Shown here piece after piece: positions 39,568 to 49,920 of a stretch of DNA of 64,000 nucleotides. Source of the stretch: Heptranchias perlo (Eukaryota); assembly GCF_035084215.1 (NCBI RefSeq), contig NC_090325.1, forward strand, positions 132,308,001-132,372,000, written 5' to 3'. Every line of letters begins with the position of its first letter. Position 1 is the stretch's first letter. The notes below the pieces were generated by a model. It saw only the letters and a program-made list of their open reading frames with translations, did not search any database and had not been told where the DNA came from. Made by a program: the position numbers and the translations under genes.

Positions 39568-40450
39568 ATCTTCCTGTATCCCTGATTCCTTCACCTGCGG
39601 GAAGTGTGTCCAGCTGCAGCTATTGTTTGACCGCTTGACGGCTCTGGAGCTGCGGATGGACTCACTTTGGAGCATCCGCGATGCTGAGAAAGTCGTGGAT
39701 AGCACGTTCAGTGAGTTGGTCACACCGCAGATAAAAATTACTGAGGGAGATAGTGAATGGGTGACCAACAGACAGGGGAAGAGTAGGAAGGCAGTGCAGG
39801 GGTCCCCTGCGGTCATCTCCCTCCAAAACAGGTGTACCGTTTTGGATACTGTTGGGGGAGATGGCTCACCAGGGGAAGGTGGCAGTGGCCAGGTTCATGG
39901 CACCGCGGTTGGCTCTGCTGCACAGGAGGGCAGGAAAAAGAGTGGCAGAGCTATAGTGACAGGGGACTCGATTGTAAGGGGAATAGACAGGCGTTTCTGC
40001 GGACGCAACCGAGACTCCAGGATGGTATGTTGCCTCCCTGGTGCAAGGGTCAAGGATGTCTCGGAGCGGCTGCAGGACATTTTGGAGGGGGAGGGTGAAC
40101 AGCCAGTTGTCGTGGTGCATATAGGCACCAACGATATAGGTAAAAAACAGGATGAGGTCCGACAAGCTGAATTTAGGGAGTTAGGAGTTAAACTAAAGAG
40201 TAGGACCTCAAGGGTAGTAATCTCAGGATTGCTACCAGTGCCACGGGCTAGTCAGAGTAGGAATGACAGGATAGCTAGGATGAATACGTGGCTTGAGAGA
40301 TGGTGCAAGAGGGAGGGATTCAAATTCCTGGGACATTGGAATCGGTTCTGGGGTAGGTGGGACCAGTACAAATTGGACGGTCTGCATCTGGGCAGGACTG
40401 GAACCAATGTCCTAGGGGGAGTGTTTGCTAGTGCTGTTGGGAGGGTTTAA
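39568..40450 (+). CDS. CR1 ORF1 (partial Zn-finger/leucine zipper plus SGNH/GDSL esterase)
   Basis: CGKC..LQLL..RL..LE; GDS, CLPGA, HIGTND and DGLH esterase blocks; true N-terminus missing. Confidence 0.88.
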
Positions 40451-43403
40451 ACTAATATGGCAGGGGGATGGGAACCGATGCAGGAAGTCAGTGGGAAATA
40501 AAGTGGTGACAGAAACAAAAGGCAGTAAGGGAGAGTGTACAGAACATGACCGGACAGATGGTCTGAGAAAGCAGGGCAAAGACCAAGGGAAGTCTAGATT
40601 AAACTGCATTTATTTCAATGCAAGAAGTCTGATGGGCAAGGCAGATGAACTCAGGGCATGGATGGGTACATGGGACTGGGATGTTATAGCTATTACTGAA
40701 ACATGGCTAAGGGAGGGGCAGGACTGGCAGCTCAATGTTCCAGGGTACAGATGCTATAGGAAAGATAGAGCAGGAGGTAAGAGAGGAGGGGGAGTTGCGT
40801 TCTTGATTAGGGAGAACATCACGGCAGTAGTGAGAGGGCATATATCCGAGGGTTCGCCCACTGAGTCTATATGGGTAGAACTGAAAAATAAGAAGGGAGA
40901 GATCACTTTGATAGGATTGTACTACAGACCCCCAAATAGTCAACGGGAAATTGAGGAGCAAATATGTAAGGAGATTACAGACAGCTGCAAGAAAAATAGG
41001 GTGGTAATAGTAGGGGACTTTAACTTTCCCAACATTGACTGGGACAGCCATAGCATTAGGGGCTTGGATGGAGAGAAATTTGTTGAGTGCATTCAGGAGG
41101 AATTTCTCATTCAGTATGTGGATGGCCCGACTAGAGAGGGGGCAAAACTTGACCTCCTCTTGGGAAATAAGGAAGGGCAGGTGACAGAAGTGTTAGTGAG
41201 GGATCACTTTGGGACCAGTGATCATAATTCCATTAGTTTTAAGATAGCTATGGAGAAGGATAGGTCTGGCCCAAAAGTTAAAATTCTAAATTGGGGAAAG
41301 GCCAATTTTGATGGTATTAGACAGGAACTTTCAGAAGTTGATTGGGAGAGTCTGTTGGCAGGCAAAGGGACGTCTGGTAAGTGGGAGGCTTTCAAAAGTG
41401 TGTTAACCAGGGTTCAGGGTAAGCACATTCCATATAAAGTGAAGGGCAAGGCTGGTAGAAGTAGGGAACCTTGGATGACTCGGGAGATTGAGGCCCTAGT
41501 CAAAAAGAAGAAGGAGGCATATGACATGCATAGGCAGCTGGGATCAAGTGGATCCCTTGAAGAGTATAGAGATTGCCGGAGTAGAGTTAAGAGAGAAATC
41601 AGGAGGGCAAAAAGGGGACATGACATTGCTTTGGCAGATAAGGCAAAGGAGAATCCAAAGAGCTTCTACAAATACATAAAGGGCAAAAGAGTAACTAGGG
41701 AGAGAGTAGGGCCTCTTAAGGATCAACAAGGTCATCTATGTGCGGAACCACAAGAGATGGGTGAGATCCTGAATGAATATTTCACATCGGTATTTACGGT
41801 TGAGAAAGGCATGGATGTTAGGGAACTTGGGGAAATAAATAGTGATGTCTTGAGGAGTGTACATATTACAGAGAGGGAGGTGCTGGAAGTCTTAACGCGC
41901 ATGAAGGTAGATAAATCTCCAGGACCTGATGAAATGTATCCCAGGACGTTATGGGAGGTTAGGGAGGAAATTGCGGGTCCCCTAGCAGAGATATTTGAAT
42001 CATCCACCGCTACAGGTGAGGTGCCTGAAGATTGGAGGGTAGCAAATGTTGTGCCTTTGTTTAAGAAGGGCGGCAGGGAAAAGCCTGGGAACTACAGACC
42101 GGTGAGCCTGACATCTGTAGTGGGTAAGTTGTTAGAGGGTATTCTGAGGGACAGGATCTACAGACATTTGGAGAGGCAGGGACTAATTAGGAACAGTCAG
42201 CATGGTTTTGTGAGAGGAAAATCATGTCTCACGAATTTGATTGAGTTTTTTGAAGGGGTAACCAAGAAGATAGATGAGGGCTGTGCAGTAGACATGGTCT
42301 ACATGGACTTCAGCAAAGCCTTTGACAAGGTACCGCATGGTAGGTTGTTACATAAGGTTAAATCTCATGGGATCCAAGGTGAGGTAGCCAATTGGATACA
42401 AAATTGGCTTGACGACAGAAGACAGAGGGTGGTTGTAGAGGGTTGTTTTTCAAACTGGAGGCCTGTGTCCAGCGATGTGCCTCAGGGATCGGTGCTGGGT
42501 CCGCTGTTATTTGTTATTTATATGAATGATTTGGATGAGAATTTAGGAGGCATGGTTAGTAAGTTTGCAGATGACACCAAGATTGGTGGCATTGTGGACA
42601 GTGAAGAAGGTTATCTAGGATTGCAACGGGATCTTGATAAATTGGGCCAGTGGGCCGATGAATGGCAGATGGAGTTTAATTTAGATAAATGTGAGGTGAT
42701 GCATTTTGGTAGATCGAATCGGGCCAGGACCTACTCCGTTAATGGTAGGGCGTTGGGGAGAGTTATAGAACAAAGAGATCTAGGAGTACAGGTTCATAGC
42801 TCCTTGAAAGTGGAGTCACAGGTGGATAGGGTGGTGAAGAAGGCATTCGGCATGCTTGGTTTCATTGGTCAGAACATTGAATGCAGGAGTTGGGATGTCT
42901 TGTTGAAGTTGTACAGGGCATTGGTGAGGCCACACTTGGAATACTGTGTACAGTTCTGGTCACCCTATTATAGAAAGGATATTATTAAACTAGAAAGAGC
43001 GCAGAAAAGATTTACTAGGATGCTACCGGGACTTGATGGTTTGACTTATAGGGAGAGGTTAGACAGACTGGGACTTTTTTCCCTGGAGAGTAGGAGGTTA
43101 AGGGGTGATCTTATAGAAGTCTATAAAATAATGAGGGGCATAGATAAGGTAGATAGTCAAAATCTTTTCCCAAAGGTAGGGGAGTCTATAACGAGGGGGC
43201 ATAGATTTAAGGTGAGAGGGGAGAGATACAAAAGGGTCCAGAGGGGCAATTTTTTCACTCAAAGGGTGGTGAGTGTCTGGAACGAGCTGCCAGAGGCAGT
43301 AGTAGAGGCGGGTACAATTTTGTCTTTTAAAAAGCATTTGGACAGTTACATGGGTAAGATGGGTATAGAGGGATATGGGCCAAGTGCAGGAAATTGGGAC
43401 TAG
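40446..43403 (+). CDS. CR1 ORF2: AP-endonuclease plus reverse transcriptase, uninterrupted
   Basis: FNARSL, ITETWL, GDFNFPNIDW, SDH (EN); NYRPVSLTS, DFSKAFDKV, VPQGSVLGP, FADD (RT); no AUG before the EN domain. Confidence 0.95.
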   Translation, partial: FKLIWQGDGNRCRKSVGNKVVTETKGSKGECTEHDRTDGLRKQGKDQGKSRLNCIYFNARSLMGKADELRAWMGTWDWDVIAITETWLREGQDWQLNVPGYRCYRKDRAGGKRGGGVAFLIRENITAVVRGHISEGSPTESIWVELKNKKGEITLIGLYYRPPNSQREIEEQICKEITDSCKKNRVVIVGDFNFPNIDWDSHSIRGLDGEKFVECIQEEFLIQYVDGPTREGAKLDLLLGNKEGQVTEVLVRDHFGTSDHNSISFKIAMEKDRSGPKVKILNWGKANFDGIRQELSEVDWESLLAGKGTSGKWEAFKSVLTRVQGKHIPYKVKGKAGRSREPWMTREIEALVKKKKEAYDMHRQLGSSGSLEEYRDCRSRVKREIRRAKRGHDIALADKAKENPKSFYKYIKGKRVTRERVGPLKDQQGHLCAEPQEMGEILNEYFTSVFTVEKGMDVRELGEINSDVLRSVHITEREVLEVLTRMKVDKSPGPDEMYPRTLWEVREEIAGPLAEIFESSTATGEVPEDWRVANVVPLFKKGGREKPGNYRPVSLTSVVGKLLEGILRDRIYRHLERQGLIRNSQHGFVRGKSCLTNLIEFFEGVTKKIDEGCAVDMVYMDFSKAFDKVPHGRLLHKVKSHGIQGEVANWIQNWLDDRRQRVVVEGCFSNWRPVSSDVPQGSVLGPLLFVIYMNDLDENLGGMVSKFADDTKIGGIVDSEEGYLGLQRDLDKLGQWADEWQMEFNLDKCEVMHFGRSNRARTYSVNGRALGRVIEQRDLGVQVHSSLKVESQVDRVVKKAFGMLGFIGQNIECRSWDVLLKLYRALVRPHLEYCVQFWSPYYRKDIIKLERAQKRFTRMLPGLDGLTYRERLDRLGLFSLESRRLRGDLIEVYKIMRGIDKVDSQNLFPKVGESITRGHRFKVRGERYKRVQRGNFFTQRVVSVWNELPEAVVEAGTILSFKKHLDSYMGKMGIEGYGPSAGNWD

Positions 43404-44589
43404 CTTAGTGATATAAATTGGGCGACATGGACATGTTGGGCCGAAGGGCCTGTTTCCATGTTGTAACTTCTATGATTCTATGATTCTATCTTAATATGAC
43501 TGTTTTTCCTCTTCCCTTAAGAAAACCAGGTACATTAACTCAAGGATGGTTTTTTATATTTTTATCGAATTTTAAAGGTGAGGCTTCTTAAGGAGGGTTT
43601 CCCTTTAATGCCACTCTATGACATCGACCCCATTAGTATATATTTCAGAATGCCTGGAAGGAGGTGGAAACTGCAGCTGACCCCTACTGTCACTGGCTGT
43701 GCTAGTCCTATGGTGTGGTAGTTATCCTAGCAGTAGATGGCACAGCTCTGCTTCTAGCTTTCTGCTGACCTGAAGAAAGCACCTCACAGTCATTACTAGG
43801 TAGCTGCAACAATGCCTGCAAATATGGTTGGTGGCATCTTGGCGAGTACGACCAAACAGACTTTGGCGGCTAATGATCAACTTGGCATGCATTCTTTCAA
43901 CCAATACCACTGAAAACATGGCATTCAGATAAATTACTGTTGCCATTGGAATGTTGTCCAAGCTTCTTTTAGAAATAGGACAATCTGCATGCATTAACCA
44001 CCTTGACAAAGCAAGGTCTTGTCACCTCTGTCTGCAGATGTAGATGCAGATGTGAGAGTACCAGCAGGTGGACACAGAGCACCCTTCTTGCAGCCTGACC
44101 TGCTTGGCATTCTTCCATTGATCCTCCACCTCTTCCACACATGTCAAATAGGGGGATTCTCACAGGGAGACTGATTGGTGCCAATAAAAGTGTTGGGAGA
44201 CTGCAAATGTTAACTAGCCCCACCTCACTGATAAAATTAAACAACATTTTCAATGATTTTTCTTGTTATATTTGAGGTCCTTTGTGAGCTGTTAAATTTA
44301 TAACTGTTGAAATCACATGGGAATAATTCCCTCTCTGTACTCAGGGAATAGACTAGGATAATAATTGTATATATGTGCCTTTGAATTCTTCCCAACTTGT
44401 AAGTGGTTGTATTTGGCCTTGGCTTTGTGCTTTATGTTACAGAACTCAATACTTTTTTCCATTTATTATAAAACAGAAGGCAGGCAGAGTAGACTGTGGA
44501 CCAAACCAGAGATGCAGTTGTTGAATGGAGAATATTTTCACTGTGCTGCCTCCAAATTCATTCCAAAAGTCAACTTACGTTATGTTGGA

Positions 44590-44782
44590 AAAAGAACAGA
44601 ACATTTTGGAAACATTCAGTAGGTCAGGCAGCATCTGTGGAGAGGACAAGAGTTGACATTTCAGGTATAAACCCTTCCTTGGTTCTGAGGATGGGCTTAT
44701 ATCCAAAATGTTGCCTCCTGTCCTTTCCACAGATGTTGCCTGACCTGTTGAATGCTTCCAGAATTTGTAGTATTTTGCTTTT
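44590..44782. repeat. Palindromic Penelope pLTR-derived element
   Basis: Arms AGGTCAGGCAGCATCTGTGGA / TCCACAGATGTTGCCTGACCT; both arms match the pLTR at 44900-44990. Confidence 0.8.
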
Positions 44783-44949
44783 ACTTTATATTGGGAGAGT
44801 TTCAGACCACAAAAATCGTTATGCTTACATGGGTAACCAGATTTTAGGCAGATCAAAAGCAAAATACTGCAGATGCTGGAAATCTGAAATAAAAACAGGA
44901 AATGCTGGAAATATTCAGCAGGTCAGGCAGCATCCGTGGAAAGAAAAAC

Positions 44950-44990
44950 AGATTTAATGTTTCAGGTCGAAGACCTTTTGTCAGAACTGG
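44950..44990 (-). ncRNA. Degenerate minimal hammerhead motif in Penelope pLTR
   Basis: CTGACAA-AAGGTCTTCGACCT-GAAAC-ATT; the core appears mutated from CUGACGA and GAAACGU. Confidence 0.45.
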
Positions 44991-46563
44991 AAGAATTAAA
45001 GATTTAACAGTTTTTAAGCAAGTACAGGGGCAGCGAAAGGGGGGAGAGGGGAGGAAAGAACAAAAGGGAAGGTCTGTGATAGGGTAGAGGGCAGGAGTGA
45101 TTAAATGACAGAAGGGATGATGGTGCAAGGCAGAGGGGATGGTAATGGGCCAAGTAAAGAAATAAAAGATAGGTCTAGAGGAGCTGTAAATGGCAACAGC
45201 AGAACCATCACCAGCACTTGCTATCCAAAAAAAACGGAGCATTGGTTATGGTCTGAAGTTATTGAAATCAATGTTGAGTCCGAAAGGTTGCAAAGAGCCT
45301 AATCGAAGGATGAGGTGTTGTTCCTCGAGCTTCCATTGAGCCTCAATGGAACAGTGTAGGAGGCCGAGGGCAGAGAGGTCAGAGTGGAAGTGGGAACCAG
45401 AATCAAAATGACAAGTGACCAGAAGCTCAGGCTCACGCTTGTGCACTGAACTGAGGTGTCCAGCAAAGTGATCACCCAATCTGCATTTGGTCCCGCAATG
45501 TAGAGGAGACCACATTGTGAGCAGCGAATACAATATACTAACTAAATTGAAAGAAGTACAAGTAAATCGTGTTTCACCTGGAAGGAGTGTTTGGGGCCCT
45601 GGACGGTGGGAAGGGAGGAGGTGAAAGTGCAGGTGTATCATTTCCTGTGCATGCATCGGAAGGTGCCGTGGGAAGGAGAGCTGGTGTTAGGGTTGATGGA
45701 AGAGTGGACTAGCGTTTCATGCAGGGAATGGTCCCTTCAGAATGCTGAAAGGGGAGGGGAGGGGTAGATGTGTTTGGGGGCGGCATCACGCTGGAGGTGG
45801 TGGAAATGGCAGAGGATGATTCATTGAATGTGAAGGCTGGTGGTGTGGAAGGTGAGGACAAGGGAGACCCTATCATGGTTCTGGGAGGGAGGGGAAGGGG
45901 TGAGAGCAGAAGTGTGGAAAATGGGATGGGCACGTTCGAGGACCCTGTCAACCACAGTGGACGGGATTCCTCGGTCGAGGAAAAAAGAAGACATCTCGGA
46001 AGCATTGGTGTGAAAGGTGGCATCATCAGAACAGATGCGACGGAGACGGAGGAACTGGGAGAATGGAATAGAGTCCTTAGAGGAAGCGGGGTGGGAGGAA
46101 GTGTAATCAAGGTAGTTATGAGAGTCGGTGGGCTTATAATAGATATTGGTTGACAGCCTATCCCCAGAAATGGAGATAGAGAAGTCGAGGAAGTGAAGAG
46201 TCGGAGATGAACCCACATGAAGGTGAGGGAAGGGTGGAAATTGGAAACAAAGTTAATGAAATTTTCCAGTGGACATCCACTCCCTCTACACCTCCATCCC
46301 CCATCAGGATGGCCTGCAGGCCCTTTACTTCTTCCATGAACAGAGGCTCAACCAGTCTCCATCCACCACCATCCTCCTCCGCCTGGTTGAATTTGTTCTT
46401 ACGTTGAACAACTTCTCCTTTGACTCCACTCACTTCCTCCAAATAAAAGGTGTCACTCTGGGAACCCGTATGGGTCCCAGCTATGCCTGCCTTTTCATGG
46501 GATACAAGGAACATTCTTTGTTCCAGTCCTACTCAGGTCCCCTCCCTCACCTCTTTTTCCGGT

Positions 46564-46653
46564 AAATGTACGGAATCTTACAACACCAGGTTATAGTCCA
46601 ACAAATTTATTTTAAAATCACAAGCTTTCGGAGATTATCCCCTTCGTCAGGTA
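46564..46653 (-). mobile_element. Penelope pLTR fragment (second family) with hammerhead core, inserted into the RT YIDD motif
   Basis: Minus strand AC-CTGACGA-AGGGGATAATCTCC-GAAAGCTT-GTGA...; matches 62499-62587. Confidence 0.85.
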
Positions 46654-46920
46654 CATTGATGACTGTGTTGGTGCCGTTTCCTGCTCTCACCCTGAACTGG
46701 AAAATTTCATCAACTTTGCTTCCAATTTCCATCCTTCCCTCGCCTTCACATGGTCCACCTCCGACTCTTCCCTTTCCTCCCTCGACTTCTCTACCTCCAT
46801 TTCTGGGGATAGGCTGTCAACCAATATCTACTACAAACCCACTGACTCCCATAACTACCTTGATTACACTTCCTCCCACCCTGCTTCCTGTAAAGACTCT
46901 ATTCCATTCTCCCAGTTTTT

Positions 46921-48800
46921 AGTAACATAGGAATAATAGGAACAAGAGTAGGCCATTTAGCCCCTTGAGCCTGTTCTGCTATTCAATGACATCATGGTTG
47001 ATCTGTGACCTAACTCCATATACCCGCCTTAGCTTCATATCCCTTAATACCATTGGTTAACAAAAATCTGTCAATCTCAGATTTAAAATTAACAATTGAA
47101 CTAGCATCAATTGCCGTTTGCGGAAGAGATTTCCAAACTTCTACCACCCTTTGCGTATAAAAGTTTTTCCTAACTTCACTCTTGAAAGTCCTGGCTCTAA
47201 TTTTTAGGCTATGTCCCCTAGTCTTAGACTCCCCAACCAGCGGATGTAATTTCTCTCTATTTACCCTATCAGTTCCCCTTAATATCTTGAAAACTTTGAT
47301 CAAATCACCCTTTAATCTTTTAAATTCAAGGGGATACAACCCCAGTTTGTGTAATCTCTCCTCGTAATTTAACCCTTGGAGCCCAGCTATCATTCTAGTA
47401 AATCTACGCTGCACTCCCTCCAAGGCCATTAGATCCTTCCTTAGGTGCGGTGCCCAGAACTGAACATAATACTCCAGGTGTGGTCTAACCAGAGCTTTGA
47501 ATAACTGTAGCATAACTTCTTCCCCCTTGATTTCTAGTCCTCTAGATATAAAGGCTAGCATTCCATTAGCCTTTTTGATTATTTTCTGTACCTGCCCATG
47601 ACATTTTAATGATCCCCCAAAACTTCTTTGGAACTCTATTGTTTCGAGCTTTTCACCATTTAGAAAGTAGTCTGATCTATCCTTTTTAGGTCCAAAGTGG
47701 ATGACCTCACACTTGCCTACGTTGAAATCCATTTGCCACAGTTTTGCCCATTCACTTAATCTATTAATATCTCTCTGTGATTTTATGCTTCCATCTACAT
47801 TGCTTACAATGCTGCGTATCTTTGTGTCATCAGCAAACTTGGATAGGTGACTCTCTATCCCATCATCTAAGTCGTTAAAAAATACAGTGAATAGTTGAGG
47901 CACCAACACTGTGGGGCACCACTAGTCACATCCTGCCAATTTGAGTACCTGCCCATTATCTCTACACTCTGTCTCCTGCCAATTTCCTAACCAGGTCAAT
48001 AATTTCCCCTTAATTCCATGAGCTTCAACTTTAGCTAATAATCTCTTATGAGGGACTTTATCAACTTTAACTTCTGGAAGTCCATATAAACAACATCCAT
48101 AGACAGTCCCGTGTCTACTATTTTAGTCACCTCTTCAAAAAATTCAATCAGATTCATCAAGCATGACCTACCCTTTACAAATCCATGCTGGCTTTCTCTG
48201 ATCAGCTGAAAATGTTCAAGGTGTTCAGTCACTCTATCCTTAATTATAGACACTAGTAATTTCCCGACAACAGATGTTAGGCTAACTGGTCTATAATCCC
48301 CTGATTTCCCCCTTCCACCTTTCTTAAATAGCGGAGTGACATGTACAATTTTCCAATCTAAAGGAACGGTTCGTGAATTGGGAGAACTTTGGAAGATTAT
48401 AGTTAGGGCAATTGCACTGTTCTCACCTACTTCCTTTAAAACTCTGGGATGGAAATCACCTCATCCTGAGGATTTGTCACTCTTTAGTGCCATTATTTTC
48501 TTAATTACTGTTAATTTGATTACATTAATTATGGTGAGTCCCCATCCCTGATTCAAAATTAGTTTCGTTGGGGTGTCCAGCATGCTATCCTCTTCCTCTA
48601 CTTCAAATACTGACGCAAAGTAATTATTTAACATGTCAGCCATTTCTTTATTTTCATTTGCAATATCACCATTATCAGTTTTTTACGGGACCCACATTGC
48701 TCTTGACCACCCTCTTTTTCCTAATATAATTGTAAAAATTTTTTGTGTTGATTTTAATATCCCTTGCAATTTTCCTTTCATACTCCCTTTTTGCAGCTCT
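46921..48800 (-). mobile_element. CR1 LINE fragment inserted into the Penelope right arm
   Basis: ORF 47010-47909 has SKFADDTK and RPHLEYYVQFWAP; (CATAGGAA)-like tail near 46925; Penelope sequence resumes at ~48801. Confidence 0.92.
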
Positions 48801-49751
48801 CCCTCTCCGTCATATCTATTCTGACGATGCCACCTTCAACACCAGTGCTTCTGATATATCTTCCTTTTTCCTCAACCAGAGATTCCCCTCCACTGTGGCT
48901 AACAGGGCCCTCGACCATGTCTGTCCCACTTCCCGTATTTTTGCCACCCTCCCAGAACCACGATAGGGCCCCCCATGTCCTCACCTTCCACGCCACCAGC
49001 CTTCACATTCAACAGATCATCTTCCGCCATTTCGGTCATCTCCAGCATGATGCCATCACCAAACACATCTTCCCCTTCCCTCACCTTTCAACATTCTGAA
49101 GGGACTGTTCCCTCCTGATCCACTCTTCCATCATCCCCAACACTCGCTCCCCTTCCCACGGCACCTTCCCATGCAAGCGCAGGAGATGCAACACCTGCCC
49201 TTTCACCTCCTCCCTTCCTATCGTCCAAATACCCCTTCCAGGTGAAACATCTTTCAATTTAGTATACTGTATTCGCTGCTCACGATGCAGACTCCTTTAC
49301 ACTGGGAAGACCAAACACAGATTGGGTGATTGCTTTGCTGAACACTTTCGTTCAGTCCTCAAGCGTGACCCTGAGCTTCCAGTCACTTGTCATTTTAATT
49401 CCCTGCCCCACTCCCACTCTGACCTCTCTGTCCTCGGCCTCCTACACTGTTCCAATGAAGCTCAATGAAAGCTCGAGGAACAGCACCTCATTTTTTGATT
49501 AGGCCCTTTACAACCTTCCTGATTCAACATTGATTTCAATAACTTCAGATCATAACTTTCTCTCTCCACAGATGCTGCCTGACCCGCTGAATATTTCCAG
49601 CATTTTCTGTTTTTATTTCTGATTTAGGCAGTTCAGAGCTCCACTCTTATTATCAACTCCACTCTGACCTCTGATTGTCATTGTAGGTAGGGCAGAAGAA
49701 AGTGTGTAAAAGTGAATCTCCACCGCAACTGTTACACAGGTTAATGTGATA

Positions 49752-49920
49752 AAAGCAGAATTATGCAGCAGGCTGATCAGTATCTGGAAGAGAAAGATAG
49801 GTTAATGGTTTGGGTGTGACCTTCACCAGAGCTGCATGACATTCTTACGATGGGTCACATCCAAAATATTAACCTATTTTTCTCTCCCAATTGCATTTTC
49901 AGCATTTCTGTTTCTCTTTC
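49752..49920. repeat. Decayed palindromic pLTR-derived element
   Basis: GAGAAAGATAGGTTAAT..TTTGGGTGTGACC / GGTCACATCCAAAA.ATTAACCTATTTTTCTC. Confidence 0.65.

Larger units (their letters stand above)
39568..43489 (+). mobile_element. Near-full-length young CR1 LINE (5'-truncated within ORF1)
   Basis: ORF1, ORF2, short 3'UTR and (TTCTATGA)n tail at ~43468-43489. Confidence 0.97.
44856..49622. mobile_element. Penelope-like element (RT + GIY-YIG) in inverted arrangement: left arm minus (44856-46270), right arm plus (46263-49622)
   Basis: MDIHSLYTSIP, QIKGVTLGTRMGPSYA, RYIDD, YYKPTDSHNYLDY; GIY-YIG-like TKCRLGDHF..H...HF...EQHLILRLGSLQPFGLN; TSD TTTAGGCAG(A/T)TCA at 44843-44855 and 49623-49635. 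Confidence 0.9.
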
